Source of the DNA: an uncultured Actinomycetota bacterium
GTDB taxonomy: Bacteria > Actinomycetota > Actinomycetes > Mycobacteriales > Pseudonocardiaceae
Length of the DNA stretch: 64,000 nucleotides
Assembly: GCA_963770115.1 (NCBI GenBank)
Contig: CAVYOT010000008.1
Span: forward strand, 35,717 to 99,716
Direction of reading: 5' to 3'
Under the pieces are notes generated by a model. It saw only the letters and a program-made list of their open reading frames with translations. It searched no databases and was not told the DNA's origin. Within the stretch, counting starts at the first letter, position 1. The number at the start of each line of letters is the position of its first letter. Positions 22,568 to 34,567 of the stretch are shown piece by piece. The position numbers were made by a program, and so were the translations under genes.

Positions 22568-23869
22568 TCAGCGGGCCTCGGACGCTCCCGCGAGGCGCGC
22601 GACCAACGCGTCCACCACCGCGTCGAGCGCGACCGACTCCTGCTCCCCCGAGGCCATGTCCTTGACCCCTACCGTGCCCGCATCCAGGTCGCGGGCCCCG
22701 AGCACGAGGGTGAAGCGGGCGCCCGAGCGGTCGGCGGACTTCATGGCGCCCTTGAGCCCGCGCCCTCCGTAGGCGAGGTCGACCCGCACCCCGGCCCTGC
22801 GCAGCCGCGCGGCGAGCACCACCAGCCGCCTGCGCGCGGCGTCGCCCAGCGGCACGCCGTACACCTCGCAGCGGGCCTCCGACCACGGCGCGACGCCCTC
22901 CGCGCGGCAGGCCAGCAGCGTGCGGTCGACGCCGATCCCGAACCCGATCCCGGAGAGCGGCGGTCCCCCCAACGTCGCCATCAACCCGTCATAGCGGCCT
23001 CCGCCGCCGATGCCCGACTGCGCGCCGAGCCCGTCGTGCACGAACTCGAACGTCGTCTTCGTGTAGTAGTCCAGGCCGCGCACCAGCCGCGGGTTATGCA
23101 CATAGGCGACGCCGAGGTCGTCCAGGTGCTGGAGCAGCAGCGCGTGGTGCTCGGCCGCGGCGGGCGAGAGGTGGTCCTGAAGCAGCGGGACCTCGGCCAG
23201 CAGCGCGCGCACCTCGGGCCGTTTGTCGTCCAGCACCCGCAGGGGGTTGAGCTCGGCCCTGCGGCGGGTGGCCTCGTCGAGCGGCAGTCCCGCCAGGAAC
23301 TCCCGCAGCCGCTCCCGGTAGGCGGGACGGCACTCGTCGTCGCCGAGCGACGTCAGCTCCAGCCGGTAGCCGGTGAGCCCTAGCGCCCGGTAGCCCTCGT
23401 CGGCGACCGCGATGACCTCGGCGTCCAGCGCGGGGTCGTCGACGCCGATCGCCTCGATCCCGACCTGCTGCAGCTGCCGGTAGCGCCCGGCCTGCGGTCG
23501 TTCGTAGCGGAAGAACGGGCCTGCGTAGCGCAGCTTGACGGGCAGCCCGGTGCGGTCGAGCCCGTGCTCGATCACCGCCCGCACGACGCCTGCGGTGCCC
23601 TCCGGCCGCAGGGTGACCGAGCGGTCGCCGCGGTCGGCGAAGGTGTACATCTCCTTCGACACGACGTCGGTGGACTCGCCCACCCCGCGCGCGAAGAGGG
23701 CGGTGTCCTCGAACACCGGCAGCTCGATGAGGCCGTAGCCCGCCCGCGCCGCCGCCGCGAGCAGCGTGTCGCGGACGTGCTCGAACCCCGCCGAAGCGGG
23801 CGGGACGTAGTCGGGCACGCCCTTCGGCGCGGCGAACGGGGTGGTGCCGCGTTCGGCCACGGCGGTCAC
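22568..23869 (-). CDS. hisS: Histidine--tRNA ligase
   Basis: [42 protein letters not shown]. Confidence 0.98.
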   Translation of the reverse strand: MTAVAERGTTPFAAPKGVPDYVPPASAGFEHVRDTLLAAAARAGYGLIELPVFEDTALFARGVGESTDVVSKEMYTFADRGDRSVTLRPEGTAGVVRAVIEHGLDRTGLPVKLRYAGPFFRYERPQAGRYRQLQQVGIEAIGVDDPALDAEVIAVADEGYRALGLTGYRLELTSLGDDECRPAYRERLREFLAGLPLDEATRRRAELNPLRVLDDKRPEVRALLAEVPLLQDHLSPAAAEHHALLLQHLDDLGVAYVHNPRLVRGLDYYTKTTFEFVHDGLGAQSGIGGGGRYDGLMATLGGPPLSGIGFGIGVDRTLLACRAEGVAPWSEARCEVYGVPLGDAARRRLVVLAARLRRAGVRVDLAYGGRGLKGAMKSADRSGARFTLVLGARDLDAGTVGVKDMASGEQESVALDAVVDALVARLAGASEAR

Positions 23870-24558
23870 AGCCCCCGCCCCCGGGGCGCGGGGACGTCCA
23901 GGTCCTGGAGGAACGGGTTGGACATCCGTTCCCGACCGATCGTCGTCGTCGGCCCGTGCCCCGGCAGCACGACGGCCGTGTCGTCACGGGTCAGCAGGCT
24001 GTCGCGCAGGCTCACCGCCATCTGCGCGGGGTCGCCGCCCGGCAGGTCGGTGCGGCCGATCGACCCGGCGAACAGCGTGTCCCCCGCGAAGATCACCTCG
24101 ACGCCCTCCTCCGTGGGCGTCGTGAAGATCACCGAGCCCTGGGTGTGTCCGGGGGTGTGGTCGACGCGCAGGGTGAGCCCGGCGATCTCCAGCGTGGCAC
24201 CGTCGTCGAGCGGGCGCACCTCCCGCGGCTCGCGCAGCGTCAAGGGGCCGCCGAACGCGGCCGTGGCCTGCGGCGAGAGACCACGCAGCGGGTCGGTGAG
24301 CAGCACCCGGTCGGCGGGGTGGATCCAGGCAGGCACGTCGTGCCCGTCGCAGACCGGGGCCACGCTGAACACGTGATCGAGATGCCCGTGGGTGAGCAGC
24401 ACGGCGACCGGCGTCAACCGGTGTTCGGCGAGCACGGCGTCGAGGGGCCCCACGGCGTCCTGGCCGGGATCGACCACGACGCACGCCTCCCCCGCCGCCG
24501 TCGCCACCACGTAGCAATTGGTCTGGAACGACCCGGCCGGAAAACCTGCGACTAGCAC
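23866..24558 (-). CDS. MBL-fold metallo-hydrolase
   Basis: THGHLDH, TPGHT, GDTLF, PGHG. Confidence 0.93.
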   Translation of the reverse strand: MLVAGFPAGSFQTNCYVVATAAGEACVVVDPGQDAVGPLDAVLAEHRLTPVAVLLTHGHLDHVFSVAPVCDGHDVPAWIHPADRVLLTDPLRGLSPQATAAFGGPLTLREPREVRPLDDGATLEIAGLTLRVDHTPGHTQGSVIFTTPTEEGVEVIFAGDTLFAGSIGRTDLPGGDPAQMAVSLRDSLLTRDDTAVVLPGHGPTTTIGRERMSNPFLQDLDVPAPRGRGL

Positions 24559-24675
24559 ACGACCAGCCTAGGCCGCGGCCTCATCGGCCCCGCCGGGCCT
24601 TCTCAGGTGCGGCCGCTATCCTCGCGCGGGCCGCAGGTTCGGTCGACGGGGCCGACGACGGGGTGAGGGGAGCGG

Positions 24676-25578
24676 GTGGCAGTGGCGACGAACCAGATGC
24701 GGCGCGAGGCGGCGAAGCGCAAACTCGCGCGCCAGCAGGAACGGCGGGTGGCGCAGGCCAGGCGGCGACGTCAGATGTCGGTCATCGGGTCGATCGTCGC
24801 CGTCGTCGTGGTCGTCGTCGGCGTCATCCTGTTCGCCACGCTCGGCGGTGGCGGCTCCGGATCGACGGCCGACACCGCGGCACCCACCCCCACCCCGGAC
24901 GCGAACGCCACCCCCACGGCGGCTCCGCAGACCCCGGCCGCCATCCCCACCGCGATCGCGCCGCTCCCGAAACGCCCGACGCCGCTCCCGGCCACGGTGA
25001 ACTGCAGCTTCCCGGCGAGCGGTCAGGCCGCCAAGCCGGTGAAGCCGCCGTCGGGCACGAACGTCAGCGCGCAGGGCACGGTCGCGGTCACGCTGCAGAC
25101 CGGCGACGGCGCGATCCCCTTGACCCTGGACAAGGCGCTGGCGCCCTGCACGGTGGACAGCTTCGTCAGCCTCGGCCAGCAGGGGTACTTCGACAACAGC
25201 ACGTGCCACCGGATCACCACGGCCCCCGGGCTGCAGGTGCTGCAGTGCGGCGACCCGACCGGCACCGGCACCGGCGGCCCCGGGTACACGATCCCCGACG
25301 AGGTGTTCCCCGAGCTCAAGTACGGGCGCGGCATCCTCGCGATGGCCAACACCGGCCAGCCGAACACCGGCGGCAGCCAGTTCTTCATGATCTACGGCGA
25401 CGGTGACCTGCCGCCGCAGTACACCGCGTTCGGCTCGATCACCCCCGCGGGCCTGCAGGTGGTCGACACGATCGCGAAGCGCGGCTCCGACGGCTCGCTC
25501 GAGCCCAGCCCCGGCGGCGGCAAGCCCGTGCAGCCGGTGACGATCGAGAAGGTGACGGTCGGCGGAGGAGGATCCTGA
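24676..25578 (+). CDS. Membrane-anchored cyclophilin peptidyl-prolyl isomerase (PpiB-like)
   Basis: TM segment, APCTVDSF, CHR, QCGDPTGTGTGGPGY, AMAN, GSQFF. Confidence 0.92.
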   Translation: MAVATNQMRREAAKRKLARQQERRVAQARRRRQMSVIGSIVAVVVVVVGVILFATLGGGGSGSTADTAAPTPTPDANATPTAAPQTPAAIPTAIAPLPKRPTPLPATVNCSFPASGQAAKPVKPPSGTNVSAQGTVAVTLQTGDGAIPLTLDKALAPCTVDSFVSLGQQGYFDNSTCHRITTAPGLQVLQCGDPTGTGTGGPGYTIPDEVFPELKYGRGILAMANTGQPNTGGSQFFMIYGDGDLPPQYTAFGSITPAGLQVVDTIAKRGSDGSLEPSPGGGKPVQPVTIEKVTVGGGGS

Positions 25579-25593
25579 TCAACTCCGGCCCTA

Positions 25594-25715
25594 GCGAGCA
25601 GCGGCCAGGTGGCCGCATCGCAAGGCGGAGGAGGGGCCGATACCGCTGTTGTACCGGGCCCGACGACAACGCGGCGAGGTGGCTGCCTGGGCATCGCGCA
25701 GTAGGCCCGCGTTGT
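25594..25715. repeat. Palindromic intergenic repeat between convergent ppi and relA
   Basis: CCAGGTGGCC-GCATCGCAAGGCGGAGGAG...CGACGACAACGCGGCGAGGT-GGCTGCCTGG nested arms; resembles, from memory, a common actinomycete intergenic repeat. Confidence 0.55.
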
Positions 25716-25726
25716 TCAGGGCGCTC

Positions 25727-28036
25727 CTAACTCGCGCTCGTGACGCGGTAGACGTCGTAGACGCCCTCGACGTTGCGCACGGCCGAGAGCACGTGGCCCA
25801 GGTGCTTGGGGTCGCCCATCTCGAAGCTGAACCGCGAGATGGCGACCCGGTCCTTGGACGTCGTCACCGACGCCGACAGGATGTTGACCTTCTCATCGGC
25901 GAGCACCTTGGTGATGTCGGAGAGCAGCCGGTGCCGGTCGAGCGCCTCGGCCTGGATGGCGACGAGGAACACCGAGCCCGGCGAGACCGACCACGCGACG
26001 TCCACGATCCGCTCCGAGCGGGCCTTCAGGTCGGCGGCGTTCGTGCAGTCCACGCGGTGCACCGAGATGCCGCCGCCGCGGGTGACGAAGCCCAGGATGT
26101 CGTCGCCGGGCACCGGGGTGCAGCAGCGGGCGAGCTTGGTGTAGAGATCGCCGACGTCCCCCGCGTGGCCCCGGACGACGACCCCCGCCTCGCCGCCGGA
26201 CCGCTGCCGGACCGTCGAGGGCGTGGCGCGCTCGGCGAGGTCCTCCTCGGCCTGCTCCTCGCCGCCCAGGAGGGCCGTGAGCCGCTGGATGACGTGCCGC
26301 GCGCTCGCGTGGCCCTCCCCCACCGCGGCGTACAGCGCGGTCAGGTCGGGGAAGTGCAGCTCGTGGGAGAGCGCGGCCATCGCGTCGGCGGACACCAGCC
26401 GCTGTAGGGGCATCGCCGAGCGGCGTGCCTCGCGGGCGATCGCGTCCTTGCCCGCCTCGATGGCCTCCTCGCGGCGCTCCTTCGCGAACCACTGCTTGAT
26501 CTTCGTCTTGGCCCGTGGCGAGGCGACGAAGCCGAGCCAGTCGCGGCTGGGGCCCGCGCCCTCGGCCTTGGACGTGAAGATCTCGACGACGTCGCCGGAC
26601 TCCAGCGTGCGTTCGAGCGCCACCAGCCGCCCGTTCACCCGCGAGCCGATGCACCGGTTGCCCACCTCGGTGTGCACGGCATAGGCGAAGTCCACCGGGG
26701 TCGACTTCGCGGGCAGCGTGTACACGTCGCCCTTGGGGCTGAACACGAAGATCTGCTGGGCGCCCAGGTCGTAGCGCAGCTGCTCCAGGAAGTCGCCGGG
26801 GTCCGCGGCCTCGCGCTGCCAGTCCAGGAGCTGCCGCATCCAGGACATCTCGTCGATCTCGACGCTCGCCGTGCCCTGCGCCCGAGGGGTCTCCTTGTAG
26901 CGCCAGTGCGCGGCGATGCCGTACTCGGCGGTGCTGTGCATCTCGTGGGTGCGGATCTGCACCTCGAGCGGCTTGCCGTCCGGCCCGATCACCGTGGTGT
27001 GCAGGGACTGGTAGACCCCGAACCGCGGCTGCGCGATGTAGTCCTTGAACCGGCCCGGCATCGGCTGCCAGAGCGCGTGCACCATGCCGATCGCCGCGTA
27101 GCAGTCGCGCACCTCGTCGACGAGCACCCGCACCCCGACCAGGTCGTGGATGTCGTCGAAGTCCCGGCCCTTGACGATCATCTTGCGGTAGATCGAGTAG
27201 TAGTGCTTGGGCCTGCCCTCGACGACGTTGGCGATGCGCGCCGCGTCGAGCTGCTGGCGGACCTCGTCGATCACCTGCTTGAGGTAGGTGTCGCGCGACG
27301 GCGCGCGCGTGGCCACCAGGCGGACGATCTCGGAGTACTTCTTCGGGTGCAGGATGGCGAAGGACAGGTCCTCCAGCTCCCACTTCACCGTGGCCATGCC
27401 GAGCCGGTGCGCCAGCGGCGCCATCACCTCGAGCGTCTCGCGGGCCTTCTTGGACTGCTTCTCCGGCGAGAGGAAGCGCATCGTGCGCATGTTGTGCAGC
27501 CGGTCGGAGAGCTTGATGACCAGCACCCGCGGGTCGCGGGCCATCGCGACGACCATCTTCCGGATCGTCTCGGCCTCCGCCGCCGTGCCGAACTCGACCT
27601 TGTCCAGCTTCGTCACGCCGTCGACGAGGTGCGCCACCTCGTCGCCGAACTCCTCGCGCAGGTGGTCCAGCGTGTAGTCGGTGTCCTCGACCGTGTCGTG
27701 CAGCAGCGCCGCGACGAGCGTGGTGGTGTCCATGCCCAGCTCGGCGAGGATCGCGGCGACGGCCAACGGGTGCGTGATGTAGGGATCGCCCGACTTGCGC
27801 TTCTGCCCCGCGTGGCGGGCCTCGGCCACCTCGTACGCGCTCACCAGCAGGCCGAGATCCGCTTTCGGGTGCAGCGAGCGGTGCACGGTGGCCAGCGGCT
27901 CCAGCACCGGCGGCACCGTGCCGACGCGCTGGGGCGTCATCCGGCGGGCAATGCGCGCGCGGACCCGGCGTGTGGCGGACGGGCGGGGGCCGTCGGAACC
28001 GGGGACCGGCGGCGCCGCGGGCTGCAGGTCGGTCAT
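25727..28036 (-). CDS. relA: Bifunctional (p)ppGpp synthetase/hydrolase
   Basis: [44 protein letters not shown] and ACT domains. Confidence 0.97.
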   Translation of the reverse strand: MTDLQPAAPPVPGSDGPRPSATRRVRARIARRMTPQRVGTVPPVLEPLATVHRSLHPKADLGLLVSAYEVAEARHAGQKRKSGDPYITHPLAVAAILAELGMDTTTLVAALLHDTVEDTDYTLDHLREEFGDEVAHLVDGVTKLDKVEFGTAAEAETIRKMVVAMARDPRVLVIKLSDRLHNMRTMRFLSPEKQSKKARETLEVMAPLAHRLGMATVKWELEDLSFAILHPKKYSEIVRLVATRAPSRDTYLKQVIDEVRQQLDAARIANVVEGRPKHYYSIYRKMIVKGRDFDDIHDLVGVRVLVDEVRDCYAAIGMVHALWQPMPGRFKDYIAQPRFGVYQSLHTTVIGPDGKPLEVQIRTHEMHSTAEYGIAAHWRYKETPRAQGTASVEIDEMSWMRQLLDWQREAADPGDFLEQLRYDLGAQQIFVFSPKGDVYTLPAKSTPVDFAYAVHTEVGNRCIGSRVNGRLVALERTLESGDVVEIFTSKAEGAGPSRDWLGFVASPRAKTKIKQWFAKERREEAIEAGKDAIAREARRSAMPLQRLVSADAMAALSHELHFPDLTALYAAVGEGHASARHVIQRLTALLGGEEQAEEDLAERATPSTVRQRSGGEAGVVVRGHAGDVGDLYTKLARCCTPVPGDDILGFVTRGGGISVHRVDCTNAADLKARSERIVDVAWSVSPGSVFLVAIQAEALDRHRLLSDITKVLADEKVNILSASVTTSKDRVAISRFSFEMGDPKHLGHVLSAVRNVEGVYDVYRVTSAS

Positions 28037-28085
28037 GCTGTGGGGAGCTCCACGACCCAAGGATAAGCCGCCCCGGTGAGTCTGC

Positions 28086-28664
28086 TCAGATCGAGAGCAC
28101 CGGATGGACCGGCAGTGGCGCCAGCCGGTCGCGTCCGCCGAGCGCGACGAGCTCCAGCAGCACGCCGATCCCGACGACCTCCGCGCCGATGTCGGCCAGA
28201 AGCGCGCAGGTGGCCGCCGCGGTGCCGCCGGTGGCGAGCACGTCGTCGACGACGAACGCGCGCGCCCCCGGCGCGATCGTCTCGGCGGGCAGCTCCAGTG
28301 TGGCGGTGCCGTACTCCAGGTCGTAGGTGCGGGACGCGGCGACCCGCGGGAGCTTCCCTGCCTTGCGGACCGGGACCACGCCGGTGCCCGCCACCAGCGC
28401 GGTCGCCGCGCCGAGCAGGAATCCGCGCGCTTCGATCCCGACGACCACGTCGGCCGCGCCCACGCGCGTCGCCAGCTCGGTGGCGACGGCGGTGAACGCC
28501 TCGGCGTCGGCGAGCACGGGCGTGATGTCCCGGAAGAGGATGCCGGGCGAGGGGAAGTCCGGCACGGCCCGCACGAGCTCCCGCACGCGGGCGAGCGCCT
28601 CGTCCTCGTTCGCGTCCTCGTTCGCGTCCTCGTTCGCGTCCTCGATCGCGTCCTCGACGGTCAC
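28086..28664 (-). CDS. apt: Adenine phosphoribosyltransferase
   Basis: [37 protein letters not shown]. Confidence 0.96.
   Translation of the reverse strand: MTVEDAIEDANEDANEDANEDEALARVRELVRAVPDFPSPGILFRDITPVLADAEAFTAVATELATRVGAADVVVGIEARGFLLGAATALVAGTGVVPVRKAGKLPRVAASRTYDLEYGTATLELPAETIAPGARAFVVDDVLATGGTAAATCALLADIGAEVVGIGVLLELVALGGRDRLAPLPVHPVLSI
28601..28657. repeat. 12-bp coding tandem repeat (~4.7 copies) in the apt 5' end
   Basis: CGTCCTCGTTCG units encoding [18 protein letters not shown]. Confidence 0.9.
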
Positions 28665-29881
28665 CGGTGTCGCTTGCCCGTGGGACGGGACGCCTTCCCG
28701 GCGGGGCGGGACCGGCCTGCCTGCGCGGTCTTGGCGTGCCGGGCAGGCGTGCTTGCGGCGGCCGCGACCGCGCGCTCGCGCCGCAGCTCCCTGGCGAGCT
28801 GCTCGTCGTCGGCCATGTCGGGCTCCGTGCCCGGCACGTCCTCCACGGCGGGCGCCTCGGCCGCGGCGGCGGCCCGCCCGCGCCGGGTGGCGACCCGGGC
28901 GGCCTGCTCCTGGAAGCGCCGGTCGCGCATCTTGAGGTCAACCAGCAGCGGCGTGGCCAGCAACAGCGACGACAGCGCGCCCGCCAGGATGCCGACCAGC
29001 TGCACCAGTGCGAGATCCGCCAGCGTGCCCACACCGAGCACCCCGACACCGACGATCATCAGCCCGATCACGGGCAGCACCGCGATGAGCGAGGTGTTGA
29101 TCGAGCGCATGAGCGTCTGGTTCAACGCGAGGTTGGCGGCCTCGGCGTACGTGCGGCGGGTGAGCCCGAGGATGCCGCGGGTGTTCTCCTTGACCTTGTC
29201 GAAGACCACGACCGTGTCGTAGAGCGAGAACCCGAGGATGGTCAGCAGGCCGATCACGGTGGCGGGCGTGACCTCGAACCCGACGATCGAGTAGATGCCC
29301 GCGGTGACCGTGACGTCGTGGATCAGCGCCACCAGCGCCGCCACCGCCATCGCACGCTCGAAGTAGAACGCCAGGAAGAGCGTCACGAGAACGAGGAAGA
29401 CGGCGAGCGCGATGATCGCCTGCTGGGTGATCTGGCCGCCCCAGCTGCCGCTGACCGCGCTGATGCTGATCACATTGGGCGACGGCACACCATCGGCTCC
29501 ACGGGGACCGAACGCGTCGAACAGCGCCTGCTTCGTGGTGAAGGTCTGCGCGAGCGTGAGCGTCTGGGACCGGATCAGCACGGACGCCGACGGACCCCTC
29601 CCGACCGTCTGCACCGAGGCAGGGGGGAAGCCCGTCGCCTTCTCGAAGACCTCCTGCACCGCGGGCACGGTGGCGGGCGCGGTCGCGGTGTTGGCCGGGA
29701 ACAGGATCTGCGTGCCGCCGGTGAAGTCGATGCCGAGGTTGAAGCCCCGGAACACGATCGACGCCACGCACACGAGCACGAGCAGCCCGAAGCAGATGTA
29801 CCAGGTCTTGCGGCGTCCGACGATGTCGAACGCGCCGGTGCCGGTGTAGAGCCGGGCGAGGGTGGAGGTCGGGCCTGCCAT
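28661..29881 (-). CDS. secF: Protein translocase subunit SecF
   Basis: NLGIDFTGGT, HDV, GFSLYDTVVVFDKVKEN, QTLMRSINTS. Confidence 0.97.
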   Translation of the reverse strand: MAGPTSTLARLYTGTGAFDIVGRRKTWYICFGLLVLVCVASIVFRGFNLGIDFTGGTQILFPANTATAPATVPAVQEVFEKATGFPPASVQTVGRGPSASVLIRSQTLTLAQTFTTKQALFDAFGPRGADGVPSPNVISISAVSGSWGGQITQQAIIALAVFLVLVTLFLAFYFERAMAVAALVALIHDVTVTAGIYSIVGFEVTPATVIGLLTILGFSLYDTVVVFDKVKENTRGILGLTRRTYAEAANLALNQTLMRSINTSLIAVLPVIGLMIVGVGVLGVGTLADLALVQLVGILAGALSSLLLATPLLVDLKMRDRRFQEQAARVATRRGRAAAAAEAPAVEDVPGTEPDMADDEQLARELRRERAVAAAASTPARHAKTAQAGRSRPAGKASRPTGKRHR

Positions 29882-29884
29882 CGC

Positions 29885-31678
29885 TCACGCACCCCCCTTC
29901 GTCATCGACACGGGCGCCGCGGCCGCCTGCTTGCGTGCCGCGCCGATCCGCGCCACGGCCCCCAGCCCCGAGAGCGACGGGCTGCCGAACACCCGGGAGC
30001 TCGACGCCAGCGCGACGAGCGGATGGGTCACCAGGAACACCACGACCAGGTCGAGCACGGTGGACAGGCCCAACGTGAACGCGAAGCCCTTCACCTGCCC
30101 CACGGCCAGCAGGTACAGCACGGCCGAGGCGAGGAAGCTCACCGCGTCCGCGGAGAGGATCGTGCGCCGGGCGCGCACCCAGCCGCGGGGCACGGCCGAG
30201 CGGAAGGTGCGGCCTTCGCGCATCTCGTCCTTGAGCCGCTCGAAGAAGATCACGAACGAGTCGGCGGTGATCCCGATGGCGACGATGAAACCGGCGATGC
30301 CCGCGAGATCGAGCGTGAACCCGATCCAGCGGCCGAGCAGCACGAGCACCGCGAACACGATCACGCCGGACAGGACGAGCGAGAGGATCGTCAGTACGCC
30401 CAGGACGCGGTAGTAGATCAGGCAGTAGACGAACACCAGCAGCAGCCCGATCCCGCCCGCGATCAGCCCGGCCTCGAGCGAGGCGAGGCCGAGCGTGGCC
30501 GAGACGGTCTGGGCCTCGCTCGCCTCGAACGACAGCGGCAGGGACCCGTACCGCAGCACGCCCGCGAGGTTCTGGGCCTGGGCCTGGCTGAACTGCCCCG
30601 AGATCTCGGTCGTGCCGAAGATCGCGCCCTGGATCGTGGGCGCGGAGACGACCCTGCCGTCGAGGGTGAACGCGACGGCCTCCCCGACGTGCGCGGTGGT
30701 GTAGTTGCCCCAGATCGAGGCGCCCTCGTTCTTGAACGTCACGTTGACCACGTAGCCGACGCCCTGGCCGTTGGTGGACGCCTGCGCGCTCGAGATCTGG
30801 GTGCCCTCCAGGAACGACGGCCCGAGCACGTACTTGGCCGTGCCGTCCTGGTTGCACGTGACGAGCGGCAGCTTCGGGTCGTCGTAGCCGGTGAGCGGGT
30901 CGGGCTTGGCGCAGTCGAGCGTCTGCAGGGCGACCTGCTGCGTGGTCTCGTCGGTGCTCTGCCGGGTGGCCTTGGCGGTCGCGATCTCCTGAGCGAGCTG
31001 CGGGTCGGCAGGCACCGGGGCGGCCGACCCGGCACCTTGCGTGGCCGCCGGTGCCTGGGCGGGCGCGGGGGCGGGCGTCGGCGCGGGAGCCGGTGGGGGT
31101 GTGGGCGCCTGCAGCGGCAGCGCGAAGGCCGCAGGCTTGACGGGCTGCTCGACCGGCGCCGCCGCACCCTGCGGCTTCGGGGTGGGCGACGCACCCGGTG
31201 CGGGCACGGCGGACGGGGCGGGAGACGGGGCCGGGGTCGCCGCACCGCTCGGCCCAGGGGTCGGCCCAGTGGTCGGCGCAGGCGCGGCGGGCGCGGCCGA
31301 GATCGGCTGACCGATCACCGGCCGGAACCGCAGCTGGGCGGTCTGGCCGAGGGACCGGGCCTGCTCCCCCGCGTCACCCGGCACCGTGATGGTGATGTTG
31401 TCGCCGTCAAGGACGACCTCGGCGCCGCTCACGCCGAGCCCGTTGACCCGCTGCTCGATGATCTGCTGGGCCTGGACGAGCTGGTCGCGCGGCGGGGCCC
31501 CGCCGTCGACCGTGCGGGCGACGAGCGTCACCCGGGTGCCGCCCTGCAGGTCGATGCCGAGCTTCGGTGTCGGGCGGCCGTCGCCGGTGAAGAACACGAG
31601 CGCGTAGAGCACGACGACGATGCCCGCGAAAGCCGCCAGGTAGCGCCACGGACGGATGCGCCCCGGGGTTGTTGCCAC
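29885..31678 (-). CDS. secD: Protein translocase subunit SecD (Pro/Ala-rich insert)
   Basis: PKLGIDLQGG, RVNGLGVS, LRYGSLP, GITADSFVIFFERLKDE, VKGFAFTLG. Confidence 0.97.
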   Translation of the reverse strand: MATTPGRIRPWRYLAAFAGIVVVLYALVFFTGDGRPTPKLGIDLQGGTRVTLVARTVDGGAPPRDQLVQAQQIIEQRVNGLGVSGAEVVLDGDNITITVPGDAGEQARSLGQTAQLRFRPVIGQPISAAPAAPAPTTGPTPGPSGAATPAPSPAPSAVPAPGASPTPKPQGAAAPVEQPVKPAAFALPLQAPTPPPAPAPTPAPAPAQAPAATQGAGSAAPVPADPQLAQEIATAKATRQSTDETTQQVALQTLDCAKPDPLTGYDDPKLPLVTCNQDGTAKYVLGPSFLEGTQISSAQASTNGQGVGYVVNVTFKNEGASIWGNYTTAHVGEAVAFTLDGRVVSAPTIQGAIFGTTEISGQFSQAQAQNLAGVLRYGSLPLSFEASEAQTVSATLGLASLEAGLIAGGIGLLLVFVYCLIYYRVLGVLTILSLVLSGVIVFAVLVLLGRWIGFTLDLAGIAGFIVAIGITADSFVIFFERLKDEMREGRTFRSAVPRGWVRARRTILSADAVSFLASAVLYLLAVGQVKGFAFTLGLSTVLDLVVVFLVTHPLVALASSSRVFGSPSLSGLGAVARIGAARKQAAAAPVSMTKGGA

Positions 31679-31724
31679 TGATGTCTCTTCCTGATGTCGC
31701 CGCAGGTGAGCGCGGCCGGGTGGT

Positions 31725-32147
31725 TCAGCTGCGCGGAGAGCCGTTCGTCGACTCGTCCTTCTCCAGCGCCTCGTCGAGGGCGGGCTTCTCCAGCGACGGG
31801 GACTTCTCCAGCGACGGCCCTGTCTCGGCAGGCGCCGCGGGCTCGTCGACGACGATGGGCGGCTCGCCGTCACGGGCGGGCTCGTCCGCGGCGATCCGCT
31901 CGCGGATCGCGGCACGCACCCACGTGGTGACGACGCCGTCGGCGATCTCCAGGTCGATCGTGTCCTCGTAGGACGCGTCGACGACCGTGCCGCGCAGCCC
32001 CGAGGTGGTGCTCACGATGTCACCCGGCTCCAGTGACTTCTGCAGCTCCTGCATGGCCGCCTGCGCGCGCTTCTGCTTGCGGCTCGACAGGAAGAGCGGA
32101 ATGAACATGAGCAGAACGATGATGGGCAAGAGCAGCGAGATGTCCAT
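31725..32147 (-). CDS. yajC: Preprotein translocase subunit YajC
   Basis: TM segment, RKQKR, LEPGDIVSTTSGLRGTV, LEIADGV; position between ruvB and secD. Confidence 0.93.
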   Translation of the reverse strand: MDISLLLPIIVLLMFIPLFLSSRKQKRAQAAMQELQKSLEPGDIVSTTSGLRGTVVDASYEDTIDLEIADGVVTTWVRAAIRERIAADEPARDGEPPIVVDEPAAPAETGPSLEKSPSLEKPALDEALEKDESTNGSPRS

Positions 32148-32205
32148 GGCGTCGGTGGGTCTCCGTATCTCCGCATGTGGTCAGTCGAGTCTGCCGGCCC
32201 AGGGG

Positions 32206-33222
32206 TCAGAACAGCGCCGCGGGTCCGCCCCCCGGCGGCAGCGGGACGCCCAGATGGCTCCATGCCGCCGCGGTGGCGACCCGACCGCGCGGTGTGCGAG
32301 CCAACATCCCGGCGCGCACGAGGTAGGGCTCGCAGACCTCCTCGACCGTACCGGCTTCCTCACCGACCGCGACGGCCAGCGTGGAAACGCCGACCGGACC
32401 GCCGCCGAACAAGCGCACGAGCGCGGAGAGGACAGCGCGGTCCAGCCGGTCGAGGCCCAGCTCGTCGACGTCGTAGACCTCGAGCGCCGCCCGCGCCACG
32501 CCCCGGTTCACCGATCCGTCCGCGCGGACCTCGGCGAAGTCGCGCACACGGCGCAACAGCCGGTTGGCGATGCGCGGGGTGCCCCGTGACCGGCGGGCGA
32601 TCTCCACGGCCCCATCGGGGCGCAGGTCGACGTCGAGGATCGCCGCGGCGCGGTGCAGCACCCGCTCCAGCTCGGCGGGCTCGTAGAACTCCATGTGCGC
32701 GGTGAACCCGAACCGGTCGCGCAGCGGCCCGGTGAGCGCCCCCGACCGGGTGGTGGCCCCGACCAGGGTGAACGGGGCGATGTCAAGCGGGATCGACGTG
32801 GCGCCGGGCCCCTTGCCGACCACGACGTCGACCCGGAAGTCCTCCATCGCGAGGTAGAGCATCTCCTCGGCGGGGCGGGCGATACGATGGATCTCGTCGA
32901 TGAACAGCACGTCACCGGGCGAGAGGTTGGACAGCATCGCGGCGAGGTCGCCCGCCCGCTCCAGTGCGGGCCCGCTGGTGAGCCGGACCTGCGCGCCGAG
33001 CTCGGCGGCGATGATCAGGGCGAGGCTGGTCTTGCCCAGTCCGGGCGGCCCGGAGAGCAGCACGTGATCGGGCGGATCGCCGCGCCGCCGCGCCCCTTCG
33101 AGCACGAGCGACAGCTGCTCGCGCACCCTGGCCTGCCCGACGAACTCGGTGAGCGTGCGGGGCCGCAGGGTCGCCTCGACCTCGAGCTCCTCCGGTTCGG
33201 CCGCGGGCGTCAGGTCGCTCAC
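32206..33222 (-). CDS. ruvB: Holliday junction branch migration helicase RuvB
   Basis: [45 protein letters not shown]. Confidence 0.98.
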   Translation of the reverse strand: MSDLTPAAEPEELEVEATLRPRTLTEFVGQARVREQLSLVLEGARRRGDPPDHVLLSGPPGLGKTSLALIIAAELGAQVRLTSGPALERAGDLAAMLSNLSPGDVLFIDEIHRIARPAEEMLYLAMEDFRVDVVVGKGPGATSIPLDIAPFTLVGATTRSGALTGPLRDRFGFTAHMEFYEPAELERVLHRAAAILDVDLRPDGAVEIARRSRGTPRIANRLLRRVRDFAEVRADGSVNRGVARAALEVYDVDELGLDRLDRAVLSALVRLFGGGPVGVSTLAVAVGEEAGTVEEVCEPYLVRAGMLARTPRGRVATAAAWSHLGVPLPPGGGPAALF

Positions 33223-33824
33223 CGCCCCCGGCCCAGCGTCGTGAGGGCGGCCCGCAGCAACGCGCTCGCGTCGGCATGGGCGGCGGACCCGAGCGCCTGA
33301 TCGACGGCGGCCTCGGCGGGCCGCGCCGCGAACCCGAGCCCGACCAGCGCCTCGACCACCTGCTCACGCCGCGGGTCGCCGTCTCCGCCGCGCTGCGGGA
33401 CGAGCGCGGGCACCGCCGCCGTCGGGGCGACGACCTTGTCCTTGAGCTCCAGCACCATCCGTTGGGCGACCTTCGGACCGATGCCCGGCACCCGCGTCAG
33501 GGTCTTCACGTCGCCCTCGACCAGCGCGGTCGCGAGCGTGTCGGGGTCGAGCACGGCCAGCGTGGCGAGGGCCATCCGCGGGCCGATGCCCGCCACCGAC
33601 TGCAGCAGCCCGAACACGTCGCGCTGCTCGTCGTCGGTGAACCCGAAGAGGGTGAGCGAGTCCTCCCGGACGACCAGCGCGGTGGCGAGCCGCGCCTGCT
33701 CGCCGCGCCGGAGCGTCGCCAGCGTGTTGGGGGTGGCCTGCACGGCCAGCCCCACCCCGCCGACCTCGACGACGGCGTGGTCGAGCCCTATGGCCAGCAC
33801 CTCGCCCCGCACCGAGCTGATCAT
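33219..33824 (-). CDS. ruvA: Holliday junction branch migration protein RuvA
   Basis: [45 protein letters not shown]. Confidence 0.96.
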   Translation of the reverse strand: MISSVRGEVLAIGLDHAVVEVGGVGLAVQATPNTLATLRRGEQARLATALVVREDSLTLFGFTDDEQRDVFGLLQSVAGIGPRMALATLAVLDPDTLATALVEGDVKTLTRVPGIGPKVAQRMVLELKDKVVAPTAAVPALVPQRGGDGDPRREQVVEALVGLGFAARPAEAAVDQALGSAAHADASALLRAALTTLGRGR

Positions 33825-33840
33825 CGGGTGGCCCCCGTGC

Positions 33841-34407
33841 TCATCGTGCCTCCTTCGCCGCGGCGGCCAGCCGGGCGCGGTGGGCGCGCGCCAGCTCGTC
33901 GGAGCGAGCCTTGGCCTGGGCCATGCGGTCGAGCATCGGCGCCCGCCAGCAGTGGCAGATCGCGAGCGCGAGGGCGTCCGCGGCGTCCGCGGGACGCGGC
34001 GCATCCGCCAGCGCGAGCAGGCGCGTCACCATCGCCGTGACCTGGGCCTTTCCCGCCCGGCCCTCGCCGGTGACCGCCGCCTTCACCTCGCTCGGGGTGT
34101 GGAAGGCCACCGGCAGCCCCGCCCGCGCGGCCAGCAGGGCGACCACGCCGGAGGCCTGGGCGGTGCCCATCACCGTGCGCACGTTCTGTTGGCTGAAGAC
34201 CCGCTCGATCGCGACGACGTCGGGCCGGTGTCGGTCGATCCACTCCTGGACGACGTCGCCGACGGCGAGCAGCCGCCGCTCCACCGGCAGGTCGGACGGG
34301 CTGCGCACCACGTCCACGGCGACGCAGTGGACCTGCCGACCGCCGCCGCCGTCGACCACGCCGAGCCCACACCGGGTAAGCCCGGGATCGACGCCGAGCA
34401 CCCGCAC
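33841..34407 (-). CDS. ruvC: Crossover junction endodeoxyribonuclease RuvC
   Basis: [37 protein letters not shown]; GGAG RBS. Confidence 0.96.
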   Translation of the reverse strand: MRVLGVDPGLTRCGLGVVDGGGGRQVHCVAVDVVRSPSDLPVERRLLAVGDVVQEWIDRHRPDVVAIERVFSQQNVRTVMGTAQASGVVALLAARAGLPVAFHTPSEVKAAVTGEGRAGKAQVTAMVTRLLALADAPRPADAADALALAICHCWRAPMLDRMAQAKARSDELARAHRARLAAAAKEAR

Positions 34408-34421
34408 CCGCACTCCTCCCG

Positions 34422-34437
34422 ACGAACACCAGTTCGA
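34422..34437. promoter_or_regulatory. LexA (SOS) box upstream of ruvCAB
   Basis: ACGAAC-ACCA-GTTCGA (1 mismatch), just downstream of a TAGCCT -10 box on the minus strand. Confidence 0.8.
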
Positions 34438-34567
34438 CGAAAGGCTACCGGCGCCACCGCGCGCCCCGGACGGGACGCGCCGGGCAGGCCCGTCCGCGCG
34501 GGTCAGGCCGCGCGTGGCCCGACGACGACGGTCGTCGAGCGGCCAGCACAGCAGACTCATAGCGCGT

